DNA of 64,000 nt from Patescibacteria group bacterium (GTDB taxonomy: Bacteria; Patescibacteriota; Minisyncoccia; Phycocordibacterales; Phycocordibacteraceae): positions 120,486 through 184,485 of the forward strand of contig JAIELV010000001.1 of NCBI GenBank assembly GCA_019752595.1. Reading direction: 5' to 3'. The position numbers were made by a program, and so were the translations under genes. Positions within the stretch are counted from its first letter, which is position 1. Every line of letters begins with the position of its first letter. This document shows positions 48,159-57,551 of this stretch, piece after piece. The notes beneath the pieces were generated by a model. The model saw only the letters and a program-made list of their open reading frames with translations, was not told the DNA's origin and ran no database searches.

Positions 48159-48470
48159 ATGGATATCGCAGTAATCAAGACAGGCGGAAAGCAGTACATC
48201 GTTGAGAAGGGCTCTCTTTTGACCATTGAGGCTATCCCGAACGTTAAGGAGGGTGATTCAGTTAGCTTTGATTCGGTCCTTTTTACCGATGACGGCAAGA
48301 CGGCAACGGTAGGTGCCCCGACAGTTTCAGGTTCAAAGGTAACAGGAACGGCAGTAGAGGTTGGTAAAGGTAAGAAAATCGTCGTTGTGAAATACAAAGC
48401 AAAAAGCCGTTACCACAAGAAGCGTGGTCACCGTCAGCCGTTTCTCAAAATCAAAATCGAGTCCCTCTAG
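48159..48470 (+). CDS. rplU: 50S ribosomal protein L21
   Basis: AVIKTGGKQY; GHRQ. Confidence 0.97.
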   Translation: MDIAVIKTGGKQYIVEKGSLLTIEAIPNVKEGDSVSFDSVLFTDDGKTATVGAPTVSGSKVTGTAVEVGKGKKIVVVKYKAKSRYHKKRGHRQPFLKIKIESL

Positions 48471-48485
48471 ACTCGATTTTTCGTT

Positions 48486-48698
48486 ATGTCTCGTGCGGAA
48501 AAATACGCTGACCTCTCGTGGGAATTGCTTATTGAAATGGCAGAGCACCGTAAGGCAGACCTTTTCCCCGATGACCCGCGGATTCATCCGTCTTCAGTGA
48601 AGTATGCGGTAAAGCGTTTGAAACTCCGCAAGGGAACAAAAAAGTACGAAGAAGTGATAGCAGGCGCACGCAGTATCAATCCAAAATTTTTTGAGTAA
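48486..48698 (+). CDS. Hypothetical protein
   Basis: ORF after rplU. Confidence 0.5.
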   Translation: MSRAEKYADLSWELLIEMAEHRKADLFPDDPRIHPSSVKYAVKRLKLRKGTKKYEEVIAGARSINPKFFE

Positions 48699-48704
48699 TC
48701 GCGC

Positions 48705-49304
48705 TTAGGCGCGATTTTTTAATGCGTTTCTGAGGGTTTCGGAATCAGCGTATTCAATTTCTGCACCAACAGAGAGCCCTCGACCAAGGAATGATATTTT
48801 CAAATCAGGTTTAATCGATTTCATAAGGTCCATTAATTCTCGTCCAGTGTAATCGCCTTCAGGTGTTGTGGAGAGCGCCAGAATAATTTCAGAAATGCCG
48901 TTTTTCTTTATTTTTTCTTGAAGCTCTGTTGAGCGCACATAGGATGCGTTCTTTCTCTCAGTCATCGGAATCAGCCCGCCTAAAACAAAATACAAACCGC
49001 GGTATGCGTGGGAAGCTTCAACGTTTTCAATGTCTGCATCTTTCTCAACGACCATCAGTATTTTTGAATCACGCTCTACGTTTGCGCAGATAGAGCAGGT
49101 GCGGCCGTTTCCAGAGTCGTCATAGCGGAAGCATGACATGCACTGTTCAGTTGTTGCACCGATTGCTCGCAAAATCTCTGCAAGTTTCTCGCGGAAGGCG
49201 GGGGTTTTCGTTAAAAGAAATTGCACAATGCGGCGCGCTTGCCGAGGCCCGATTCCAGGGAATTCAGATATAAGAGAAGAGAGCTCCTGTATCGGGCGTG
49301 CCAT
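48705..49304 (-). CDS. recR: Recombination mediator RecR
   Basis: PGIGPRQA.R, C4 zinc finger, Toprim, EIEYAD..TL. Confidence 0.95.
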   Translation of the reverse strand: MARPIQELSSLISEFPGIGPRQARRIVQFLLTKTPAFREKLAEILRAIGATTEQCMSCFRYDDSGNGRTCSICANVERDSKILMVVEKDADIENVEASHAYRGLYFVLGGLIPMTERKNASYVRSTELQEKIKKNGISEIILALSTTPEGDYTGRELMDLMKSIKPDLKISFLGRGLSVGAEIEYADSETLRNALKNRA

Positions 49305-49358
49305 AGTTAGTCTTTGTTCGCGAGTCCGCGAGCGTTAGAAAGACTTACACCCCGCCCT

Positions 49359-49583
49359 CTAAGCTCCCAAAATACGTTTCTTAAGTCCTCTCCAAGCGCT
49401 GCCATAATACTTAAGTTTCTGCTCTCTATCTCGCGCTGCGGCCTGACTTTGGTAGCTTTCATAGTATAGAAGGGTATATCCTGGTTTTTTATTTGCATGC
49501 TCTCTGAGGCGCCGCTCAATATCGTTAGTATATCCGATGTAATATTCACTCGCACTGTTTTGCAAGATGTATACATGATGCAT
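49359..49583 (-). CDS. GIY-YIG nuclease family protein
   Basis: VYIL...YIGYTNDIERRLREH...YYE...A..RE..LK. Confidence 0.9.
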   Translation of the reverse strand: MHHVYILQNSASEYYIGYTNDIERRLREHANKKPGYTLLYYESYQSQAAARDREQKLKYYGSAWRGLKKRILGA

Positions 49584-49627
49584 AGAGGGCGGGGTTAACA
49601 AAATGTAATCGCTCCGCTCAACATTTT

Positions 49628-50998
49628 CTAAAAATCATTCGGAATACCTGACGGCGCCATGTTTTCGTACCCCTTTGCAGGGTCTTGGAACGTGGCGCGC
49701 TGAGCATGGAAGTAAAGATCTACTTTTCCTGTGGGGCCGTTTCTGTGTTTTTCAATAAGAATCTCTGTCATGTTGCTTTTTTCTTCGCCTGGTTCTTTGT
49801 AACGGTCTTCACTATGAATGAACATAACGACGTCCGCGTCCTGCTCAATAGATCCTGAATCGCGAAGGTCTGAAAGGCGAGGACGGCCACGGCGTTGTTC
49901 GATAGCGCGGGAGAGCTGTGAGAGTGCCAAGACGGGCACATCCAGCTCGCGGGCAAGTGTTTTCAACGAACGCGAAATTTCAGTTACCTGCTGAACCATG
50001 TTGTCGGAAGAGCGGCTGGCGGTTGAAGACATAAGCTGGAGGTAGTCGACGATAATAAGGCCGATGCCGTGCTCACGCTTCAGGCGTCTTGCAACTGAGC
50101 GCATCACGAGCGCGTTGTTGGCAGGCTGGTCGTCGATATAAATAGGCGCTTTTGAAAGCTCGCCCATGGCGTTTCTCAAATCCTCGTATTCTTTGTCGGT
50201 GCTCAGTTTTCCTGTGCGCAATTTCCATGCGTCGACACCAGCTTGTGCAGCAAGCATACGGTCAACCAATTGCTGAGAACTCATCTCCAACGAAAAAATA
50301 CCAACGGGCGTCCCGTGCTTTATTGCCGTGTGTCGCGCAATATCAAGCGCGAGTGCGGTTTTACCCATTGAAGGTCGTGCGGCGAGAATAATGAGGTCTG
50401 AACGCTGGAATCCTGCCAAAAGGTTATCCAAGCCTGTAAAGCCTGTTGGCACTCCGCGCATTTCGTTGTCGCCCTTATTCAAACTATCCAAACGCTCCCA
50501 CGCTTCTTTCAACTCGTCGCCGATTGAGACGAACTTTCGCATGGTGGGGGAGGAGGTCACTTCAGAAAGGCGTTTTTCAGCGTGGTCAATAATTTCTTCA
50601 ACATCGCGCGATTCGTCGTACCCGATTTCACCAATGTCAGATGCCGCATTGATAATGCCGCGCATCATCGCTTTTTTCTGCACAATCTCTGCGTAGTACT
50701 TCAGGTTGGCGGAAGTCGGGACAGCAGAAACTAATTCCGCGAGGTAGGAATTTCCGCCTGCGCGGTCAAGCTCCTTCATATCTTTCAAGCGGCTTGCTGT
50801 CGACAAAAGGTCTATAGGATTTCCCGCGCCCGCGAGTTCAACAAACGCGCGGTAAATAATTCGGTGTCTTTCAACGTAAAAAGAGTCTGTCGACACAATG
50901 TCGCTGATTTCATGAATCGCCTCGGCCTTGAGCATAATTGAGCCCAAAAGCGCGCGTTCAGCGTCTATTGCTTGTGGTGGAATTCGTGACTCTGCCAT
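49628..50998 (-). CDS. dnaB: Replicative DNA helicase
   Basis: PPQA.DAE, AARPSMGKT, IVDYLQL, LSQLSR, LRDSGSIEQDAD; no intein. Confidence 0.97.
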   Translation of the reverse strand: MAESRIPPQAIDAERALLGSIMLKAEAIHEISDIVSTDSFYVERHRIIYRAFVELAGAGNPIDLLSTASRLKDMKELDRAGGNSYLAELVSAVPTSANLKYYAEIVQKKAMMRGIINAASDIGEIGYDESRDVEEIIDHAEKRLSEVTSSPTMRKFVSIGDELKEAWERLDSLNKGDNEMRGVPTGFTGLDNLLAGFQRSDLIILAARPSMGKTALALDIARHTAIKHGTPVGIFSLEMSSQQLVDRMLAAQAGVDAWKLRTGKLSTDKEYEDLRNAMGELSKAPIYIDDQPANNALVMRSVARRLKREHGIGLIIVDYLQLMSSTASRSSDNMVQQVTEISRSLKTLARELDVPVLALSQLSRAIEQRRGRPRLSDLRDSGSIEQDADVVMFIHSEDRYKEPGEEKSNMTEILIEKHRNGPTGKVDLYFHAQRATFQDPAKGYENMAPSGIPNDF

Positions 50999-51099
50999 GA
51001 GGTCATTATAGACCCCAATGGTTTTGACCCTAATTTTTGGATTGCCGTATATCCCAAGGCATATCCACTTGTTTTTCCACTTTGCTATACTGTGTGTAT

Positions 51100-51480
51100 A
51101 TGCCCGAAAACCGAGACGGCGATGTTTTTGATCTAGATGCGACACGGCGCGATAAGGTTCGGAAAACACACGCCGAGAATGCAGCAGTTTTTGGTGACAC
51201 AGAATTTTCCGTTCCTCCCGAGGGGCTCAAAATAAGTATTCCTGAAATACTGGCCTATGCCCGTGAAATACTCAGTAGTACTCCCGAAGGCGATCCTGAA
51301 GAATACGCGCCGTCCACTACTAATAATGCAATAGAGCAGTCAACTCCTGACACCCTTAGGATGATGTTGGAAACGCATAAACGTTCTGGAGGAACACACT
51401 ATCCCGCAGGAACAGCACGCAAGGTGGCAAAAACACTTCTAGCGCGCTTTCCGAACACGGAATCTACAGCCACTTCTTGA
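51100..51480 (+). CDS. Hypothetical protein
   Basis: ORF with TGCTATACT -10 upstream. Confidence 0.55.
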   Translation: MPENRDGDVFDLDATRRDKVRKTHAENAAVFGDTEFSVPPEGLKISIPEILAYAREILSSTPEGDPEEYAPSTTNNAIEQSTPDTLRMMLETHKRSGGTHYPAGTARKVAKTLLARFPNTESTATS

Positions 51481-52390
51481 ACTTAAAGTACGCGAAGAAT
51501 GAGGTGGTTAAGAGCCCCATCGCCCCGAGTATTATCCAAAAGTCGTTTTGAGTGCCAAGAATAGGAGTGTGTGCGGTGTTCATGCCGAATAGTGCTGCAA
51601 TAACCGAAAGCGGGAAAGTGATAAACGCCATTATGGTCAGGTTTTTCATGATTTCATTCTGGCGCGTGTACAGAAGTGCGCTGTTTGTTTCGCGAAGTTC
51701 ATCAAGCACATCCGCAAGTGCGAGCGCTTTTGTGTAGACACGCGCATGGAATGATTTCATTCCGCGTAGGAAATTACCGTACTCTTCGCCCAAAGTCATT
51801 ATGGTTATCTGCTCGAGCGCGTCTAGTACATCCTTATGTGCAGAAAGGGTGCGTTTCTGATTCAGTAGTTCGCGAGAAACAACTGAAAGCGCGACCACCA
51901 TTTCTTTCTCGTTTCCTTCAAAAATTTCTCGTTCAATTGCGGTAATCGAATCTTCGAGCGATTCTAATTCGTTTTCAACGGTTTGGTACAGTCGTTCAGA
52001 AAGCTCTAAAAGTACGTGCCCGCTTCGGTATTTTGGATTTGAGGAATGCTTTAGAAGTGTGTCGGCTTCAAACGAACGAGTGAAGTCATAGACCGCAGGA
52101 ACGGTGTCGTAGTGTGAAGTAATGATAAATTTTTCTCCGATAACAAAGTCCACTTCTTGCGTGATGTTTTCTCCGCCCGTATGCCGCATAGCGGGGAAGT
52201 GAAGAACAGCGTATGTAAAGTGCGGGTACACGTCCGCACGGGGTTTGAGTGTTGGGCCGAGCAAATCCTGTGGAAGTATATTACCGAGATTAAATTCTTG
52301 TGCGATTTCTTCCACTTCGTCTGCAGTAGGGCTTTCTAAGTCAACCCAATGAACGCCCTGATGCTGAAATCTGTTTATCATGCTTTGCAT
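51464..52390 (-). CDS. corA: CorA family Mg2+ transporter
   Basis: WVDL..P; NEIMK.LT; GMN motif. Confidence 0.92.
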   Translation of the reverse strand: MQSMINRFQHQGVHWVDLESPTADEVEEIAQEFNLGNILPQDLLGPTLKPRADVYPHFTYAVLHFPAMRHTGGENITQEVDFVIGEKFIITSHYDTVPAVYDFTRSFEADTLLKHSSNPKYRSGHVLLELSERLYQTVENELESLEDSITAIEREIFEGNEKEMVVALSVVSRELLNQKRTLSAHKDVLDALEQITIMTLGEEYGNFLRGMKSFHARVYTKALALADVLDELRETNSALLYTRQNEIMKNLTIMAFITFPLSVIAALFGMNTAHTPILGTQNDFWIILGAMGLLTTSFFAYFKFKKWL

Positions 52391-52432
52391 TATAACGTGT
52401 TCCTCACCTTTAATGTGTCATAATAGAGCGTT

Positions 52433-53656
52433 ATGGATATACGTGGGAAGCTCAGCAAGGTATTTCAGCTTGATTCAGTGACGCTTGCGGTCGGTGCGTT
52501 TTGTTTCCTTGCGGTAGGCTTTTTCATTGGTGCACGTGGTATTGATGTACCCTTTGGCTTTCAGGCGTCGAATGAAGCTCCTCAGCAGGCCGATATGGAG
52601 TCCTTCTATAAGGCATGGGAAATACTCGATGCAAATTTTGCCCCAGCAACGACCACAGTGACGACAAAAGAAGAAAAAGTATGGGGTGCTATTTCGGGCT
52701 TGGCAGCGTCATATGGTGATCCGTATACGGTGTTCCTCCCTCCGCAAGAAAAAGAGATTTTTGAAAGTGAGGTGCAGGGTAATTTCGGCGGTGTGGGTAT
52801 GGAGGTTGATATCAAAAACGGTATTTTGACCGTTGTTGCGCCTCTCAAAGACACGCCTGCATTCCGCGCGGGGATTAAGAGCGGAGATTTAGTTTTGGAA
52901 GTTGATGGCGTGAGCACGAACGGGCTTCGCGTTGAAGAAGCGGTTGGAAAGATTCGCGGCGCCGAAGGCACAGACGTCGTACTCAAAATTTCTCGAGATG
53001 GAGGTGCACCATTTGAAGTCACGCTTACACGAGAGCAGATTAATCTCCCGACGGTGGATACTGAATTACGTCAGGACGGTGTGTTTGTCATCAAGCTCTA
53101 CTCGTTCAACGCAAACGCTCCTGAAAAATTCAGAGATGCGCTTCGTGAGTTTGCAAATTCAGGCACTGATAAAATGATTGTTGATGTTCGTGGAAACCCA
53201 GGTGGATATTTGGAAGTTGCTGTTGATCTTGCAAGCTGGTATTTGCCAGTTGGTAAGCCAATCGTGATACAGGATTTCTCGAGCAGAGCACCACAGGAAA
53301 CATTCAGAAGTCGTGGATACGATGTGTTCAATGATCAGTTGAAACTCGTGGTGTTGATGGATGAAGGTTCAGCCTCCGCTGCAGAGATTTTTGCAGGCGC
53401 ACTTCATGATCATGGTGAAGCAACGCTTATCGGCAAGAAAACCTTCGGCAAAGGCTCTGTGCAGCAGGTGTTTGATGTGACGAGCGATTCATCACTCAAA
53501 ATCACTATCGCTCGCTGGCTTACTCCGAACGGTGTTTCTATTTCACATGAAGGAATTCAGCCAGACATTGAAGTAGAAATAACCAAGGAAGACATTGATG
53601 CAAAGCGTGACCCACAAACGGAACGAGCGGCTGAATTCCTGACAACAGGTAAGTAA
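52433..53656 (+). CDS. ctpA: S41 carboxy-terminal processing protease
   Basis: DPYT, PDZ, D.RGNPGG, SASAAE, TFGKG.VQ. Confidence 0.93.
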   Translation: MDIRGKLSKVFQLDSVTLAVGAFCFLAVGFFIGARGIDVPFGFQASNEAPQQADMESFYKAWEILDANFAPATTTVTTKEEKVWGAISGLAASYGDPYTVFLPPQEKEIFESEVQGNFGGVGMEVDIKNGILTVVAPLKDTPAFRAGIKSGDLVLEVDGVSTNGLRVEEAVGKIRGAEGTDVVLKISRDGGAPFEVTLTREQINLPTVDTELRQDGVFVIKLYSFNANAPEKFRDALREFANSGTDKMIVDVRGNPGGYLEVAVDLASWYLPVGKPIVIQDFSSRAPQETFRSRGYDVFNDQLKLVVLMDEGSASAAEIFAGALHDHGEATLIGKKTFGKGSVQQVFDVTSDSSLKITIARWLTPNGVSISHEGIQPDIEVEITKEDIDAKRDPQTERAAEFLTTGK

Positions 53657-53657
53657 T

Positions 53658-54527
53658 ATGGTACTTCTTGCGGTCCTCTACGGCGTCATTGCGATGTTTG
53701 CGGGCGGTATTTCAAACGCGCTCCTGAAAGGTGTTTCAGGTGGCCTTGGTGCTGTGCCAACCGTCATTGTGCGTGCAGGGGTTTCCGCGGTCACACTCTT
53801 TGTCGTCCTTCTTATTCTCCAGCCTCCACTTTCGTTTAACCTGGGGAGTTTTGTGGTAGCTATTTTAATTTCTATCCTCGGCTACTTCCCATTTCTCTTT
53901 TTTGTCAAAGCGCTTCGCATGGAGAAAGTAGGTATTGTCGCGCCAATAGCCTCGAGTTGGATTGTCGTTGCGTCCATTGTGGGTTTTGTGTTTTTTAATG
54001 AAACACTCTCTGCAGAAAAGCTATTTGTGCTTGTGGCGGTTATCGCGGGTGTCGTTTTAACCTCGGTTGATTTCAAAGCATGGGGCAGAGGACACGCGGT
54101 GTTCTCAAAAAACGCGATTATCTTTGCGCTCGCCGCTGCATTTTTGTGGGGTTTTGTGTTTCCTCTGTTTCAGCTACCATCGGCTGCTTTCGGGGCTCTG
54201 GTATTTGGGCTCATAATCGAAACAGTAGTTTTTCTGTGTGGAGTTGTACATGTATTGATTACAAAAACGCAGATGCCCCTTTTCTCTGTAGTAAAACCCC
54301 ACCTGAAGGCCCTCATAGGTGCAGGAGTTCTGACTGCGGTCTACACCCCTGTTGTTTCTCTCGGATACCTGACAGGGAACGTGAGTTTGGTTTCTGCGCT
54401 CTCGGGCTCAAGTATTGTGGTCGCGGTTTTTGTCGCATCATTTTTGTATAAAGAACGCCTGACGGTTTTACAGTACGCGGGCGGGGCTCTCATCTTGCTC
54501 GGCACGATATTTGTCTCCGTTTTCTAA
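53658..54527 (+). CDS. EamA/DMT family transporter
   Basis: About 10 TM segments with a duplicated EamA pattern. Confidence 0.85.
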   Translation: MVLLAVLYGVIAMFAGGISNALLKGVSGGLGAVPTVIVRAGVSAVTLFVVLLILQPPLSFNLGSFVVAILISILGYFPFLFFVKALRMEKVGIVAPIASSWIVVASIVGFVFFNETLSAEKLFVLVAVIAGVVLTSVDFKAWGRGHAVFSKNAIIFALAAAFLWGFVFPLFQLPSAAFGALVFGLIIETVVFLCGVVHVLITKTQMPLFSVVKPHLKALIGAGVLTAVYTPVVSLGYLTGNVSLVSALSGSSIVVAVFVASFLYKERLTVLQYAGGALILLGTIFVSVF

Positions 54528-54615
54528 ACTACAATGCACGACATTATTAAATGTCGTGCATTTAAACACGTCTGCCGTATTTGCCAATTAACCTGAGTAC
54601 GGCTACAGTGCACGG

Positions 54616-54852
54616 ATGGAAGAAGAAGACCAACTAACGCATGTGATTCTTGATTCTCGAAACGTCACAAATCCCTCCCTGCACGGGGCATATCCTGGTG
54701 GTCCACTAGAGTATGTGTTTGATAGTGCTTGGAAAACACCCTTCTCTCGTCTGAATGTGGAGCAACGAGCTGCGGTTATTCCCGCTGACAGGAGAGCATG
54801 GCGCGCAATAAGTATTCCCGCTGACAAAAAAGCAAGAAGGACAGGTTTATAA
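54616..54852 (+). CDS. Hypothetical protein
   Basis: Small ORF with a short internal IPAD duplication. Confidence 0.4.
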   Translation: MEEEDQLTHVILDSRNVTNPSLHGAYPGGPLEYVFDSAWKTPFSRLNVEQRAAVIPADRRAWRAISIPADKKARRTGL

Positions 54853-54855
54853 AGC

Positions 54856-54927
54856 ATGAAAGTAGTAATGCTTATTGATCTAAAGAAAGTGGGTTCGCGG
54901 GGCACGATATTCGCGTCTATGCTATAA
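54856..54927 (+). pseudogene. Orphaned 5' fragment of rplI
   Basis: MKVVMLIDLKKVGSRGT vs MKVVMLVDLKKVGSRGT of rplI at 55529. Confidence 0.85.
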
Positions 54928-54930
54928 GTC

Positions 54931-55461
54931 ATGCAACGTAGGGAACGGCAAGGAGTAGCTATTTCCGAAGATGAAATTCAGGCATACGCACCAGAGCCGT
55001 GGCGGGTTTCTCTCTACGAAAAACTAGCCATTGGAAAGCTGTGGAAGCCTGGATTTGGGAACTTTCGGTTAAACCTAAATGCACGCGCTCTTGAACGTAA
55101 TTATGCTGATCAAGCACTCCATCTCAGTGACCAACATTTTCAAACACTCTGGCTTCTTGCCCGAGCGCGCCTTACAGGAGCGCCAATTAATTCCTATGAG
55201 ATAACAAACTTTATATACGAAAGTCGTCCCGATAAAGACATAGATTTAGTTGATCGAATAGAAAACGCTGTTTCGGTAGAAATGTCTGCCCTTAGAGGTC
55301 TCTTAGGTGTGTTTAGCGGAGATACAGTTTTTGTGCAAAACGAAACAGGGATAGGGTATAAGCTCGTTCTTTCAGGAGAAGGACCAATTAAGAAGTATCG
55401 TGGCTCAAGTTCTGCTCGCAGTCATGCGCGGATAGTAAACTTTCCACATCGAAGACAATAG
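54931..55461 (+). CDS. OmpR-type winged-helix domain protein without a receiver domain
   Basis: LS..HFQTL.LL...ENAVSVEMSALR..L...VQNETGIGYKL. Confidence 0.65.
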   Translation: MQRRERQGVAISEDEIQAYAPEPWRVSLYEKLAIGKLWKPGFGNFRLNLNARALERNYADQALHLSDQHFQTLWLLARARLTGAPINSYEITNFIYESRPDKDIDLVDRIENAVSVEMSALRGLLGVFSGDTVFVQNETGIGYKLVLSGEGPIKKYRGSSSARSHARIVNFPHRRQ

Positions 55462-55528
55462 TAGGTGTGCTATACTTAGTATAGCACACTGAGAGAGTGA
55501 AAGGCTGTTTTGGTATACTCTGAAAGAT

Positions 55529-55963
55529 ATGAAAGTAGTAATGCTTGTAGATTTGAAGAAAGTCGGCTCCCGCGGAACGGTGGTGGAGGTTGCGGACGGG
55601 TATGCGATGAATGTTCTTCTGCCACAGAAGAAAGCGGTAGTGGCGACACCAGAAAACCTAAAACGAGTTGAAAAAGATACGCTCGCGGCGAAAGGGAAGA
55701 AGGATATGGATGCAATTCTCGCACAGAAAGCCCTGGCGCAGATTAATGGAAAGACCATTACCGTTACAGCAAAGGCAAATCCTACAGGCGGACTTTTTGA
55801 ATCGATTAAAGAAAAGCAGATTAACGAAGCAATCGAAAAAGAATTTTCTATTTCTTTGCCCGAGTCGGCAATCAAACTAGATGAGCCAATAAAAAAAACT
55901 GGCGTACATCCAGTTACCATCTCACTTCATCAGGCAAAAGCCGTTATCTCGGTCTCGGTTTAG
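55529..55963 (+). CDS. rplI: 50S ribosomal protein L9
   Basis: MKV..L.D..K.G..G.VVEV.DGYA.N.LLP; PIK..G. Confidence 0.96.
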   Translation: MKVVMLVDLKKVGSRGTVVEVADGYAMNVLLPQKKAVVATPENLKRVEKDTLAAKGKKDMDAILAQKALAQINGKTITVTAKANPTGGLFESIKEKQINEAIEKEFSISLPESAIKLDEPIKKTGVHPVTISLHQAKAVISVSV

Positions 55964-55991
55964 CTAGTCTTTCTTCCCAAGGGGGTTTTTC

Positions 55992-56237
55992 TTATTGCCC
56001 TCGTACCATTGGATTCGCTGGTCGGCCTAAGTTAATTAAATTCTCTACTGAAACTCCCTTTTTTCCAAATATTGGGAAATTTACAAGTGTCACAGTCCCG
56101 TCAGGTTTGAAATGTGAAATAGACCACTCCGCCCCTTCATAAAAAACACCGTCAAACTGCCGAAAGGCGCGTATGCCATTCGCACGAACACCGCCGACCG
56201 CAAGAGCGGACTGGGAAAGGAGTTCTTTTTTCAACAT
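55992..56237 (-). CDS. Hypothetical protein
   Basis: ORF directly downstream of rpmA. Confidence 0.45.
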   Translation of the reverse strand: MLKKELLSQSALAVGGVRANGIRAFRQFDGVFYEGAEWSISHFKPDGTVTLVNFPIFGKKGVSVENLINLGRPANPMVRGQ

Positions 56238-56241
56238 AGGC

Positions 56242-56514
56242 CTACTTAACTTCGACCTTTTGGCGTTTAACGGTAGAACCGTCAAACTTTGTCTTTCGTG
56301 AAAGGCGGTATGAAACTACACCATCTGAAGAAGCGTACAGAGTGTGGTCGCGACCTGTGCGGACGCCCTTTCCTGCCATATAGCGCGTACCGCGCTGGCG
56401 GACAATGATATTTCCTTTCTTAGCTTTCTCGCCTGCGTAGAGCTTAATGCCCAAATACTGTGCATTCGAGTCTGTTAGGTTTTTCGCGGAACCCGCGGCC
56501 TTTTTTGTTGCCAT
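56242..56514 (-). CDS. rpmA: 50S ribosomal protein L27
   Basis: KKAAGS.KN..DS...LG.K; IIVRQRGT; GRDHTL. Confidence 0.97.
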   Translation of the reverse strand: MATKKAAGSAKNLTDSNAQYLGIKLYAGEKAKKGNIIVRQRGTRYMAGKGVRTGRDHTLYASSDGVVSYRLSRKTKFDGSTVKRQKVEVK

Positions 56515-56534
56515 GCGGGGTATACTATCACAGG

Positions 56535-56720
56535 ATGTTGGCTCAAATCAAGAGTTTTCTGGGCGCCCACAAAGACAGGCTGTACGTGATCGCGGTCCTT
56601 ATCCTAGTCGCCCTCATTTCTTTTGGCCTGGGGCGCCTTTCTGTTTTTTACGGCGAAAGAGGTGAATTTAAGGTGGTATATCCCGAAGCGGGGGCAGGAG
56701 AGCAGGGTACTATGCCGTAA
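56535..56720 (+). CDS. Small membrane protein
   Basis: IAVLILVALISFGLGRLS. Confidence 0.6.
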   Translation: MLAQIKSFLGAHKDRLYVIAVLILVALISFGLGRLSVFYGERGEFKVVYPEAGAGEQGTMP

Positions 56721-56723
56721 GTT

Positions 56724-57320
56724 ATGATCGCGCTTGATGTAGAAACAACAGGGGTTTCGCCCAGAAAGCACGGCATTCTTTCGATAGGGGCCGTCGACAT
56801 TTCAAATCCTGAACACCGCTTTTATGCAGAATGCAGGGTGTGGGATGGCGCGCATATGTCCGACGAAGCGTTTACGATTAACGGCTTTACCCGAGAACAG
56901 GCTACTGACCTCGCTAAACAGACCGAGAAAGAAGCTATCGAGGCATTCGTGGCATGGGCGGGCAGTATTCGCGATTGGACCATCGTCGGGCAAAATCCTT
57001 CCTTCGATCGCGATTTTCTTATTGAAGCGTGCGACAGAGCCGACATGCAATTTCCGTTCGCGCACCGCACATTAGACACGCACACGTTGGCGTACATGCA
57101 CATGGTGAAGCGAGGAATTACTCCACCGTTTGATGAAAAGAAAAAGCACACCACGCTCTCTTTAGACGGTGTTTTACAGTACTGCGGAGTGCCAGGGGAG
57201 CCGAAACCACACAATGCTCTGACAGGCGCGCTCTGCCACGCGGAAGTGGCGGCGCGCCTGTTATTTGATGCTCCGCTTCTCAAAGAATTTGCACAATACC
57301 CTGTGCCCTGGAAAAGCTAA
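56724..57320 (+). CDS. DEDDh 3'-5' exonuclease
   Basis: DVETTG, QNPSFD, LDT, HNAL. Confidence 0.9.
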   Translation: MIALDVETTGVSPRKHGILSIGAVDISNPEHRFYAECRVWDGAHMSDEAFTINGFTREQATDLAKQTEKEAIEAFVAWAGSIRDWTIVGQNPSFDRDFLIEACDRADMQFPFAHRTLDTHTLAYMHMVKRGITPPFDEKKKHTTLSLDGVLQYCGVPGEPKPHNALTGALCHAEVAARLLFDAPLLKEFAQYPVPWKS

Positions 57321-57401
57321 GTAATCCAGAAGCCAGGTCGTTACAGGTGATTGCAGGTGATTCAGGTGGTGCAGATAGATACAAAGGTAGATAAAAACCG
57401 C

Positions 57402-57441
57402 ACCCAATAGCTGATATGATATATCATATCAGCTATTGGGT
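57402..57441. repeat. Perfect 40-bp palindrome
   Basis: ACCCAATAGCTGATATGATA|TATCATATCAGCTATTGGGT. Confidence 0.95.
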
Positions 57442-57551
57442 AATGGAAGAAGAGTTGATACGTGGTTAGTAAGGTCAGTAAAAAGTGGCGAGTGAAAAAG
57501 CGGAAAACTACCCAAAAATGGGGCGTGGTATAGTTTTTGAAAGACAAAAAT

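Noticed and set aside
54533-54562. Hairpin AATGCACGACATT..AATGTCGTGCATT
   Set aside because: Single copy just after a stop codon; most simply a terminator-like hairpin
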